A stretch of DNA of 64,000 bases from Anaeramoeba ignava BMAN (GCA_028826165.1 JAPDFW010000058.1:496001-560000), one strand, 5' to 3'. Numbered from the stretch's first letter, positions 1-11,722 are shown. The notes: generated by a model not told the origin, from the sequence alone. Translations and numbers: made by a program.

Positions 1-156
1 TTTGGAGGGATTCGGGAATGTTTTGAAACGATTATCAAATTTGATCCAAATTTTTCAATCCAAAATCAAAAAAACGAAACACCACTTGATTTGGCCTTTT
101 TATCCAATTTTGATTTCGCAAAGCAGTTCCTTCTGCAGAAGAACGCACCACATCAT

Positions 157-1833
157 ATGAACATCAGCGATCTTCAGAAAGCAATCATCTTAGGGAATCT
201 TGAAGAAGCATTGAAAATCATCAATAATTCCAGTCTCGAAACCTTGGAGTTCAAGGACAAGTTAATGAATACAGCGGCTCACGATGCAGCGGGATATGGG
301 AGGTTTCCTTGTCTCAAGGCGCTTATAAATAAAGGCGTGAAAATTGACGAGAAGAATTCTGCTTCGCGAACACCGCTTTATCTGTCTGTCCTGAACAAGC
401 ATTTTGAATGTTTTGAAATTCTTATTCAAAATGGAGCAAAGGTATCAACACAGAACATTTATGGCTATAGTCCTCTACATCTTGCGGCCGAAGATTCGGG
501 ACATTCCGATTCTTTCCTCGAAACTCTTCTGAGCAACAAGGCAAATGTGGCCTTGCGTGATACTGATCAGATGACCCCGCTTCATTGCGCAAAAACCCCG
601 TCCAAAACTCGTCTTCTGCTAAAGTACGGCGCGGATCCTAACGCTACTGATATTTGCAATTTCGCTCCTATTCATTTCGCTGCAAAGAAAGGGGATCTTC
701 TCTCAATCAAAGAACTCATCTCTTTTGGATCCAAAATTTCCTTTACAAATTCCTTTATTTATCAACCAATTTCAATTTGCACTCTTAAAGGCAACTACAA
801 ATCCCTTAAATATCTTCTTTCTTGTCTAGAACAAAAAGAACTCAACAATTACATCGATATTGAAAATGAAAAAACCAAAAATATCATCGTTTTTGCTCTT
901 AAAAAAAATCATCCAAAATGTTTGAAATTTTTACTATCAAAATTTGTTAAAAAAATTTCATTGAAAAGAAAAACCTTTTTATTCCAACAAGCAATTATTT
1001 CCGAGTTTTACGAATGTGCTTATATCATCTCTAAAATAGAAACCCACGAAGAACCGCAATTAGATTCAAATCCTGAGGAATTCTATCATTTGTCGTGGGA
1101 ATTTTCACAAGATTTTCTTTGGCTGTTTAAAAACGGTTTGTTTTTTTCTGATTCAAAACTTGTTCTTCCAAAAAATAAGAAACAAAATCATCTTTCCAAA
1201 AAATCAGCCGAAGAAACAATTTCCTTTCCTGTTTTTAATGCATTGATTCAATCAAGAATTGGATTTGAAAAATTGGATCTTTTTTTGGAAATTTGCAAAC
1301 AATATAATTATCATATCATTAAAAACCTTTTGAAATTTATTTACACAGGAATCTTATTCCGTTCAAAACTGAAAACAGACGAAGATCAAACTCTTCGCGA
1401 AATTTCGAAAAAACTTGATTTTCCAATTCTTTCAAAAGTTCTTGATCAAAAAATTTTTTTCGATCAAACTATTTATGAAGATTTGGGAAAATTATTAAGA
1501 AAAGATTTGCCAGTTCAACATGATTTTTCAATTAAAGTCAATAATGATCCAAATCAAGTAATCGAGTGTCATAAATATATTCTTGCTTCAAGAAGTGAAC
1601 TTTTTCGAGGAATGTTCTTGAGTTTGAATGACCCTTCAAATTCTGCCCCTGATTTAAGTGAAAGAAGCTTTGATGCTGTTTATCAAGTTATTCAGTTTCT
1701 TTATACTGATAATCTTCAAACTAATGATCCAATTATTTTGGAAGAACTTTCTGATGCTGATTTGTATTATGGTTTATTTGGAAAATCTTTTAAAAATCAA
1801 TTTGAACAAAAAATTCAATTAAATGAAAAATAA
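157..1833 (+). CDS. Ankyrin-repeat protein with C-terminal BTB/POZ domain(s)
   Basis: Ankyrin motifs (SRTPLYLSV, GYSPLHLAA, QMTPLHCA, FAPIHFAAKKG); C-terminal BTB (DFSIKV...IECHKYILASRSELFRGMF...VIQFLYTD). The ORF track starts at TTG 91; the first ATG is at 157. Confidence 0.85.
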   Translation: MNISDLQKAIILGNLEEALKIINNSSLETLEFKDKLMNTAAHDAAGYGRFPCLKALINKGVKIDEKNSASRTPLYLSVLNKHFECFEILIQNGAKVSTQNIYGYSPLHLAAEDSGHSDSFLETLLSNKANVALRDTDQMTPLHCAKTPSKTRLLLKYGADPNATDICNFAPIHFAAKKGDLLSIKELISFGSKISFTNSFIYQPISICTLKGNYKSLKYLLSCLEQKELNNYIDIENEKTKNIIVFALKKNHPKCLKFLLSKFVKKISLKRKTFLFQQAIISEFYECAYIISKIETHEEPQLDSNPEEFYHLSWEFSQDFLWLFKNGLFFSDSKLVLPKNKKQNHLSKKSAEETISFPVFNALIQSRIGFEKLDLFLEICKQYNYHIIKNLLKFIYTGILFRSKLKTDEDQTLREISKKLDFPILSKVLDQKIFFDQTIYEDLGKLLRKDLPVQHDFSIKVNNDPNQVIECHKYILASRSELFRGMFLSLNDPSNSAPDLSERSFDAVYQVIQFLYTDNLQTNDPIILEELSDADLYYGLFGKSFKNQFEQKIQLNEK

Positions 1834-1888
1834 TTCCAAATAAAAAAAACTGAAAAATTTTTTTTTCATTTTTTTCTTTTTTTTTAAA

Positions 1889-4800
1889 ATGAATTCAAGT
1901 GTTAATTTTTGGAAAAAATCTTTTAAAAATGCAAAATTTATAAACTTTTCAGGAAATGAAATGAAAATTAAAATTAAACAAAATGAAAAAATATTTTTTA
2001 ACATTTTTCCTTTTTATTCATACAATTTAAATGAAGATTTCTTTAATAAACTTGGATATAATAAAGCTATCTCATGTTTATCAACTTTATATTTTTTGTT
2101 CTCTCGATTTTCCAATCAAAAGTCTTTGGTTTTCTTCTTTGAAAATGATGTGAAACAACAAGAAAACACAACAAATTATGAAATTGAACCATCACTTTTA
2201 AAAGTTGAAATGAATCAAACAAAAAATGAAATGATATTTAATAACATTCTTGAAGCAATTTCTGTGAAAATTAACGAGATTGATTTTGGTATTAAAATTC
2301 CATTTTCAAAATTTATGAAAAAGAAAGAAAACGTGAATGAAATCATTTTACCAACAAAAATACTTGTTGTTTTGACAAATCAATCTGTTGTTGAAAAAAT
2401 GAATGAAGACTCTCGATTTTATTATTTGGAGAAAGAAATTCAATCTGATTCAGAGAGAATTACTGAGGAAACAAAGATATGGGACAGTTCTAATTTTTTT
2501 GATTTAATTTTTGTATTTTCTGTTGAAAATTTAAATCAAAATGAAAATTTAAATCAAAATGAAAATGAAAATTCAATTTATCCTCAAAAAACTCATCTTG
2601 TTCTTTTTAAATCATCTAAATTCAGAGAAAATGCCATTTTGGTTCTTATTGAAAATTTCCAAGCAATTATACAAGCAATTTCAACACATCCAGATCCCAA
2701 AAATATCAAGATATTCCATTTCCCATTAATTTCAGGTGATTTGAAACTTGATTCAGGAAAAAATAAAATAAAAATGCAAGCAAAAGAGAAAAAATCAGAC
2801 AACAAACCACAGAACCAAAATATTTGGACAGTTTTTAAGGAACTTGCAAACAAAAATATAGACACAATTGCGCTCAAAGCTTTTGATGAGCAAATTCCTT
2901 ATTTTTTATTTTATCGACAAGCAGCAAAAATTTCAAGATTCATTAAAAATACAAAAAAATTATCAAAAGTGGCAATTGGTGTATCAATGCTTTGCAGTGT
3001 GGAAACAATCATCATAATTATGGGGATAATTGGATCAGGATGTTCTTATATTCCCATTGATCCACGGCATTCAACAAGACTTCTATACAAGATTTTGACA
3101 AAGAGCGAAATTCCACTTATTTTTACTGATGCAAAAACATTACCTGTTTTTACAAAAATTCGCAATGATTATCAAATTGAAAAATTAGATATTGTGAGTA
3201 TACCTTCCCAAGAAATGGAGCAAATGGGAAAGGAAGATGAATCAAAAAAAGATAAAGACAAATCAAAAAAAAATAAAGACAAATCAAACAAAAATCAAGA
3301 TTGTGCTGTCATTTTCTATTCATTCTCTACAACAGGAAAAATACGCGCTATTCAATATACTCACCAGCAAATCCTCACAAAATTCTCGAAAAACAATGAC
3401 TTGAATCAATTCCATAAGAAAAATGTTTGTGTTTATTCATCAATTTTCAACGAAAGATCTCTCATCGAAATTTTCGGAACAATTTTCCAACTTGGAACAA
3501 TTATACCTTTAAACAAAAGTCAAGTAGTAACACCAAGTTTCCGAGATGTTGTGGAAAAGATGAATATCCAAGCTGTGATGATTACAACATACTCATTCAC
3601 TAGAATAATTTACGAGGATTTTTCTTCAAATGAAGAAAAGAATGAAAAGCAAGATGAAAAATCAAAATCAACAAAATGGCCGTTTTCTCAATTAGATTTT
3701 TTATTAATTTATGGAGAACCTTTATTATATTCAACGTTTAGAGATTTTGTGGAAAAAAATCCAGAAAATTATTCAAATGAAAACAAAAATTTTGCATATT
3801 TTTGGATTGATCCAAAATTGCACATGGATTACAAATTTAAATCTTACTTTGGAAGACATTTTCACAGAACAGCGCTTGAAAATCAGAACAGAAAAAGTTG
3901 CTGAAAATATTAGTGTTGATGAAATTGCAAGTGTTTTCAAGGAAATGGAATTTTATCAATCGCTTTTCCAAACAACAACAGGATTTTTTCCTCTTGGAAA
4001 TCCATCACGAGGAACAAAAGTGTTTGTTCTAGACGACTTTTCCAACCCTGTACCGTTGGGAGTCAAAGGGACATTGCATATTTCTTCTGATTCTATTGGA
4101 ATTTCCAAATCTTTGAAAAGATCCAAAACTAAAGAGGATAATTTAGGGATATAAATTCAATTCTTTCACTGGGAAAATGGTATATCAAACAAACATGCAT
4201 GCGTGTATACTTCCTTCTGGAAAGCTTGAATTGCTGGAGTTCCTTGGTGATGATCCGAACATTGTGTATATTGGCGATGATCTGGTTCAAATCAAAACGG
4301 TCGAAAATATTCTCCAAAAACATCCTTTGATTTCTCGAGTTTGCGTTGTTGTTCGAGAAAAGGAAAACGTTTTAAACAGGAGAATGATTGCGTATCTTGT
4401 TCCAAAAACTCAAGCAATCCCGTCTTCTCATGAAATTGATCATTTTTTAAAGGGATATCTTCCTTCTCATTTCATTCCAAATTCATATGTTTTTTTGGAT
4501 AGAAATTTGGTGTATTCAAACGAGAAATTCGATCTTCGAGAGTTCGTTAAAGGAAATGTAACAGGAATGAATCGAGAAAGATTCACAGAGATTGACTATC
4601 CAGCGAGATTACTTCCTGAGAATGAAATTGAGGAGAATTTGTGCCAATTATTTGCATCAATTCTGAAATTAGATCGTGTTTATACTTCAGATAATTTCTT
4701 CTCTTTAGGAGGTGATTCAATCACGGCCGCAAGATTAATTGCGAAGATGAATCAAATGGGATACAATAATATTACCTGGACAACTTTATTCACATATCCG

Positions 4801-7800
4801 ACAATCTACAATCTGGCGCAATTTATTGGCGAAACATTTGGGAATTTCAGTGAAAAATACATTTTATCATCAAGTCAAAAAAGAATATTCCAAAAAAACA
4901 TACTTGAATTGGATCCTCCAAATTACATTGTGAAAATCAAACCCATTGTCCAAAGTCCTGTTAATTTCAATCTCTTTCTTCGCGCTGTTGAAATCATGAT
5001 CCACCAACACGATATTTTCCGTGTTTATTTTGATAATATGGAGCCTAAAAGTATTGGAAAAGATCTGAAAAGATCACTTTTTTACAGTGAAATTTGCATT
5101 TCTTCTGAAACAACAAACATTCGCAAAGAGATTGCAAATACAATCAATGAGATTTCAAGGAACATGCAGATCGAAAAGGGTCCACTTTTCCAAGTTGTGT
5201 CTTTTTTTGTGCAAGAAAAAGAGCTTTTTAACATTTTCTTGATTTTCCACAAATTGATATTTGATTTGAAATCAATTAAACAATTTTTGAAATCATTGCA
5301 AACAATATATTTGAAGTTATTTAACAGCGATGAAACAGAGCAAGTGCGGATGGAGTCAACATACTATTATCAATGGGTTCACATTGAGTCAAACTCAGCA
5401 ATCCCAATTTCTTCATTCCGCTATTGGAAGCACATTGCCGATCTCTGCAAATCAAGCGATGTTCTGCTTCCTTTTGATAAAAATGCTGATCCCATTCGAA
5501 ATCGAATTGCAAATTCAGTTAAATTGTCGATTCCCAAAGAATCAACACAAACAGTATTTCGAGATGTTTGTCGTGCAAAAGGATCCGAACTGCATGATCT
5601 TTTTGCTGCTGCTTTGGTTATGGAGCTTTATAAATGGAGCCGAAAAGAAAGCTTTCTTTTGCATCTTGTTGAAAATGGGGAAAAATCAACAACGATCCAA
5701 AAATCAGTATTAGGGCCAAGTGAGAATATTATCCCCATTTTTATTCAATTAGACCAGTATTTATTGGAAAACGCAACAAATCCCTTCGCTTTTCTTTCCG
5801 TTATCAAAAATCAATCAAGAATAAGTCGATTGCACATCCAAGCTCTCAATAAGATTCTTTATTATATCAACGAAGAAGTCATTTTGGATGACTATACATC
5901 AATGGAATTGACAGAGAATCAACCCAAATCAATCGATAACCAAGCTGTTGTTGAAGATATCTCTCAAAATGTCTCTGAAATACAAACACAAGAAAAGGAA
6001 ATCTCGATCCTTTCTTCTTCGGATGAAGAAAACGTTATGGAAGCGCAAAAAATATCGCGATTCCAAATCAAAAAACTTTCTTCTCTCAAAAATTCCGTGA
6101 TCCAAATGCAATTTCTCGGAAACATTGATTTCACTTGGTTTTCACTTGGAAAAGTATCACTCAAGCAAATCACCTCGAGTGACTTGAGTTTCCGTCTAAA
6201 TCAGCAAAGATTCCAAATTGAAAAACCTTATTGGATCCAAATATTCTCTTTCCTTCATAACGGTTCACTCCATTTCAAGTTTCTTTTTGATCAGGATAAA
6301 ATCAGCACTCAAGTAATGAAATCGTTGTCAAGAAAGACTTTGAAAACAACTGTGAAAATTGCAAAAATTCTCTCTGCAAAAAAACCACAAATTTTTCAAC
6401 TCAAAATGAGAGCAGATCACTTTCCGTTCACAAAATATTTGACAGATAGTGCTGTTGAAAAAATCACCACAAAGGATCCTTTAATCACAAATATTTTCCC
6501 TCCGCTTTCTGGATATCGAGATGGCATTCGCCACTTGCTCTCATTTGGTGATGTCCCAAGAGACTCGCAAACACGGCTCAAATATCATTCCAAACAATTC
6601 CATGTTGATTTTTCCGATCCAAATTTTGATCATAAAATTTTCCACAAATCAATGATTTATTTTATTCTCCATAAATGCCCATTTTTGTGCAGTTATTTTA
6701 TTCCAAACCCAAATAAACCACGAAAAGCGCTTCAAATCACGCGATCCAAAATTAAAATCCCGTCTCGATTTCTTTCCCTTTCTTCTGGACTCAACCCCCA
6801 ACAAAAAGAACAAGCCAAAAAGAGAATACTGAAAGAAGAGTATGAAACGGATTTTGATTTATCTGAACCGCCGCTTTTGAGAATAGCCATTATAAAAACA
6901 AATCAAAATAACAGCTATGTGCTGGTTTTCACTTTCGAACCTTTTCTATTCGATCTCTGGTCAATTCCACTTTTGATTCAAGGAATTTTCCAGAAATACA
7001 ACAAATTTGTGATTGAATATCAAAAATCACACAGTCTTGATTTTTTGGTTCAAAAGAAAATCAAAGACGTTCATGATCATAAAAACCTTCATTTTATCAA
7101 CAAACTCTCGCAATTTGAACAAAATTTATCGCTTGAAAATTCAAGAGAATTTTTCCAAACTCTTCTTATTGGGATCAACTTTAATTTTCTTTACACTTCA
7201 AAGAGAATCACTGATAAAAGATTTCGGCGAGCGCAACATCGGGAAACAAATGAACAAGAAAACCACGATAAAGACAAAGATAAAGACAAAAACACGCAAA
7301 AGGAACCAAAATATCAACCAAAAATTTCATTTACTCGATTGGATTTTTTGCAACGAGACATTTCGGGACAAATTCCTTATGATCCAGAGCTTTTCCGCGA
7401 AATATCAAGCACAATCAGCGGAAACAAACACAAGCAAATCACGGAATTTCTCCAAAAAAACAAACTCACATTGAATACACTTGTGCATTTTATTTGGGGA
7501 TTGAATTTGTTTCTTTCATCAGGAAAAGAAGACATACATTTTGGATCGGTTTTTTCAGGAAGATCACCGGAATTAGGGACAAAAAGCGAGACAACAATCG
7601 GATATTTTGAGCAAGTTCTTCCTTTCCGATTGATATTCAAAAGCGAATACAATATTTTGGAGCATCTTGAAAAAACACAGTTTGGATTAGTAAAATTACG
7701 AGAAATGACAAACACAACAATAACAAAAATTCGCAAGTGGTGCTCGCTTCCCAAAAATCAGTATCTCTTCGAAGCGGGTGTTATTTCCCTTCACCAGTTC

Positions 7801-8508
7801 CCCAAAGACACAATGCTCTCGCCGATCGACATTTGCGATGATAAGTATCGTCTTCTTTTTCCGATCAGCAAAATCACGAAACTGCAAATCAAAATTTCCG
7901 AATTCCATGTTTTTGATTCTTTTCGTCATCCGTTGACTGTTTTTGTGCAACCCTCCAAAGAAGCAATTCTAATTCGTCTTGTTTACTTCCAAAACAACTT
8001 CGATGAGAAAATTATCACCAATTTATTCGAGCAATTCATAAGCATTTTTCTTCTTTTTGGAATTGAACAAAATTCCGAATTTGAGAAAATGACGATCCAA
8101 AAATTCATTCAATTTTTCCGCGAGCAGAACACAAAAATGGAACAAAACGAAGTGAATCAAACCGTGAAAAAGCCGTTGAGAAAATCGAAAAATGTTCCTA
8201 AATTCGATCCACAAAAAGTTCTCAAAACAGGATATTTAACAAAACAAGGAGGATCGGGTATTTCAATGAATTGGAGAAAGCGTTGGTTTGTTCTTTCTGC
8301 TGATAAGTGTCTTATTTATTTCAAATCCAAAAATACTACTCATTCAAGTGGTGTTATTCCGTTGCAAGATTCTCAAGTGGAAGAAGTTCCAAATCACAAA
8401 AAGAAAAACTGTTTCAAAATTGTTACAAGATATCGAACTTATTTAATTTTTGCTGAATCTCAATCTGTTGCTCTTGATTGGATTAATTCTATTAAAAAAG
8501 TTTTATAA
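1889..8508 (+). CDS. NRPS-like protein: degenerate A domain, PCP/T, E-like and C(DCL)-like domains, fused to a C-terminal PH domain; about 2,205 aa after correcting two +1 frameshifts (~3755, ~4147)
   Basis: Three consecutive ORFs (1889-3904, 3711-4154, 4177-8508) carry collinear A-domain motifs: GCSYIPIDP, FYSFSTTGKIRAIQYTH, YGEPL, PLGNP..GTKVFVLD...NPVPLGVKGTLHI, VENILQKHPLI, LPSHFIP, NEKFD. PCP motif DNFFSLGGDSITAARL. Two condensation-family domains follow, then PH domain KTGYLTKQGG...NWRKRWFVL...DWINSI. Confidence 0.85.
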
Positions 8509-8642
8509 GAAGAACAATTTTTTCAAATAAAAATTTAATAAATTTCGAAATTTATTTTTTTCATTTTTCATTTTTCATTTTTATTATTTTTATTATTATT
8601 ATTATTTTTATTATTATTTTTATTATTATTATTATTTTTATT

Positions 8643-9097
8643 ATGGAATTATCACAACAAATTTTACAAGATCTTCATTTAGCTTTTCAATTATTTGATT
8701 TTGATTCTGATGTTTGTTTTAAATTTATATTATTTTATTTTCCAAAAATTAATAAATTATAAAAAATTAATTTAGAATTTAATTTCTGTAAATGATTTTG
8801 AAAAACTTATTCGTGGTCTTGGTTTAACTCCAACTAATAAAGAGATGCAAGATTTTATTGTATTTAAAAAAGAAAAACAACAATAAAAACAAATTTATTT
8901 ATTTCCAAATTTTTTTTAGAAACAAAGAAAGTAAAAAAAAAATTTTCAAAACAATTATTTTTATTTTTTAAAAATTATTTTATTTTTTGAGAAGAGAAGG
9001 ATTTGATTTTGATTCTTTTCTTCAAGTTTATATACATTTAGCTAAAAACCAAAAACAAAATGAATTAGATTTACAAGAAATGTTTAAAGATTTTGAA
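8643..9097 (+). CDS. Calmodulin/myosin-light-chain-like EF-hand protein, 5' exons only; 3' end unresolved
   Basis: Exons 8643-8711 (MELSQQILQDLHLAFQLFDFDSD), 8776-8859 (NLISVNDFEKLIRGLGLTPTNKEMQDFI), a probable micro-exon 8920-8930, and ~8995-9097 (GFDFDSFLQVY...DLQEMFKDFE), with GT-AG boundaries. A possible indel-damaged later exon lies near 10210-10290. Confidence 0.65.
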
Positions 9098-9104
9098 GTA
9101 AATT

Positions 9105-10145
9105 TTTAAAATTCATTTATACAATTAAAACAAAATTCATTTACAAAATTCATTTATACAATTAAAACAAAATTCATTTATACAATTAAAACAAAATTCA
9201 TTTAAAATTCATTTATAAAATTAAAACAAAATTCATTTATACAATTAATTTAAAATTCATTTATAAAATTAAAACAAAATTCATTTACAAAATTAATTTA
9301 AAATTCATTTATAAAATTAAAACAAAATTCATTTATAAAATTCATTTAAAAATTCATTTATAAAATTAAAACAAAATTCATTTATAAAATTAAAACAAAA
9401 TTCATTTATAAAATTCATTTACAAAATTCATTTATAAAATTAAAACAAAATTCATTTATAAAATTAAAACAAAATTAATTTATAAAATTAAAATAAAATT
9501 CATTTATAAAATTAATTTAAAATTCATTTACAAAATTAAAACAAAATTCATTTACAAAATTAAAACAAAATTAATTTATAAAATTAAAACAAAATTCATT
9601 TATAAAATTAAAACAAAATTAATTTATAAAATTAATTTAAAATTCATTTATAAAATTAATTTAAAATTCATTTATAAAATTAAAACAAAATTCATTTACA
9701 AAAATTTAATTTATAAAATTCATTTATAAAATTAAAAACCAAAATTCATTTATAAAATTAATTAATAAAATTCATTTATAAAATTAAAACAAAATTCATT
9801 TATAAAATTAATTTATAAAATTAAATCAAAATTCATTTATAAAATTAAAACAAAATTCATTTATACAATTAATTTAAAATTCATTTATAAAATTAAAACA
9901 AAATTCATTTATAAAATTAATTTAAAATTCATTTATAAAATTAAAACAAAATTCATTTATAAAATTAATTTAAAAATTCATTTATAAAATTAAAACAAAA
10001 TTAAAACAAAATTCATTTAAAATTCATTTATAAAATTAAAACAAAATTAGATTTTTAAAAATTTAAAAATTTTTATAAAACATCTAAACAAAATTCATTT
10101 ACAAAATTCATTTATAAAATTCATTTACAAAATTAAAACAAAATT
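9105..10145. repeat. Intronic tandem repeat based on AAAATTCATTTATAAAATTAAAAC
   Basis: Directly visible degenerate tandem units following the GT donor at 9098. Confidence 0.9.
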
Positions 10146-10364
10146 CGATATAAAAATATTCTTCCAAAAATGATTAATTTTAAATAATTTTTCTTTCCGA
10201 TTAAGTTAGAACTTGAAAATTTTTAAGAATTTTATTACATCTATTGAATTTATCCAATGAAGAATTTGGAAATCAATTTTCCAAAAATTAATTTTAACAA
10301 ATTTTTAAACTTTGAATTTAAATTTTTCTTTTTAAATTTTTAACTTTTAATTTTTAATTTTTAA

Positions 10365-10612
10365 TTTAACAAATGAATTTAACAAATCAATTTAACAAAT
10401 CAATTTAACAAATCAATTTAACAAATCAATTTAACAAATCAATTTAACAAATCAATTTAACAAATCAATTTAAACTTGAATTTAACAAATTAATTTAACA
10501 AATCAATTTAAACTTGAATTTAACAAATCAATTTAACAAATTAATTTAACAAATCAATTTAACAAATCAATTTAACAAATCAATTTAAACTTGAATTTAA
10601 CAAATCAATTTA
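10365..10612. repeat. 13-bp tandem repeat (AATTTAACAAATC)n
   Basis: Directly visible. Confidence 0.9.
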
Positions 10613-10676
10613 ATTACTTTAGAGTTGATCAAATTATTAACTCAAAAATGATAATTTCCAAAAGAATATTTGTTTT

Positions 10677-11722
10677 TTATTTAAATTTTTTAGTAAATTC
10701 AACACAAATATTTCCTGTTAACATTTTTCTTTTAATATTACAATCTTCAATTTTTACTAAAGAAGGAAGTTTTAAAATTAATTCTTGTTCTTGAATTTTA
10801 AAGAAAATAAATTCTTTTTGAAGTTTAATTTGAATTTCTTGAGTTGAAATTAATTTTGAAATTTCTACAACAAGTTGAAATTTTGATTTATTTTTTGGAA
10901 TTTCTTTGAAATGAAAAAACCAATTTCCTTCATTTTTTTGATAAATTCTCTTTTTTTTTTGAATTAATTTTTTATTTTGATTTTGATTTTGATTTTGAAT
11001 TTGAATTTGATTTTGATTTTGATTTTGATTTTCAAATTGATTTTGATTTTCATTTTGATTTTGATTTTGATTTTGATTTTGATTTATATTTTGATTTTGA
11101 TTTTGATTTTGATTTTGATTTTGATTTAATTCAATATTATTAATTATTTCCTTAATTTCTTGATTTGATAATTTTTTGGATTGTAAAAATTCTTTTTCTT
11201 CAATTTCTTTTCCATCTAATTCCTTTAAATGAGGAAGGAAAATGAATTAAATATTTTCTATAAAAAGAATATTTTGCACAAGGATTACCAAGAAGATATA
11301 AAGATTCTAATTTATAAAGTTCTTGTAATAAAGGAATTGAATTATTTAAAGAAAGAAATGAAATAAAATTACAAGAAAGATCCAATTTTCTTAATTCTTC
11401 ACATTTATTAATATTTTGAATTTTTGAAATTTGATTTACAGCTAAATTCAAATATTTTAATCTTTTTAATTTATTCAAATTTTCTTGTTTTAATTTTGAA
11501 TTTAATTTTGAATTTAATTTATAATTTGATTTTTAATTTCTTACTAATTTCTTTTATTTTATTTCCTTGTAATAATAATATTTCTAATTTTGGACAATAT
11601 TTTGAAAGAAGTAAATTAATTTCTTCAATATTTAATAAATGAAGACTAATTTCTTTTAAATTATAAAGAATTCCATTATTATGTTCTGAATATTTTTGAA
11701 GTAATTCTTTATTAATTTCCAT
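10677..11722 (-). CDS. DNAAF11: Dynein axonemal assembly factor LRRC6/DNAAF11 homologue (LRR, LRRcap, CS-like domain)
   Basis: [28 protein letters not shown] matches the LRRC6 N-terminus. Intron 11484-11544; [16 protein letters not shown]; LYLLGNPC. A homopolymer frameshift near 11240, when corrected, restores [15 protein letters not shown]-like C-terminal part follows (NEGNWFF...LKLPSLVK...[10 protein letters not shown]). The 3' end is approximate. Confidence 0.8.

Noticed and set aside
5321-8214. Short alternative-frame and antisense ORFs inside long genes (also 48780-50915, 63228-63799)
   Set aside because: Shadows of longer, motif-supported CDSs in locally GC-richer sequence.
1889-8508. 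Bacterial contamination, or an active NRPS biosynthetic cluster
   Set aside because: The gene has a eukaryotic PH domain, host-style low-complexity inserts and upstream motif, and abuts host genes. No tailoring enzymes, TE domain, PPTase or transporter lie nearby, and the catalytic motifs are lost.
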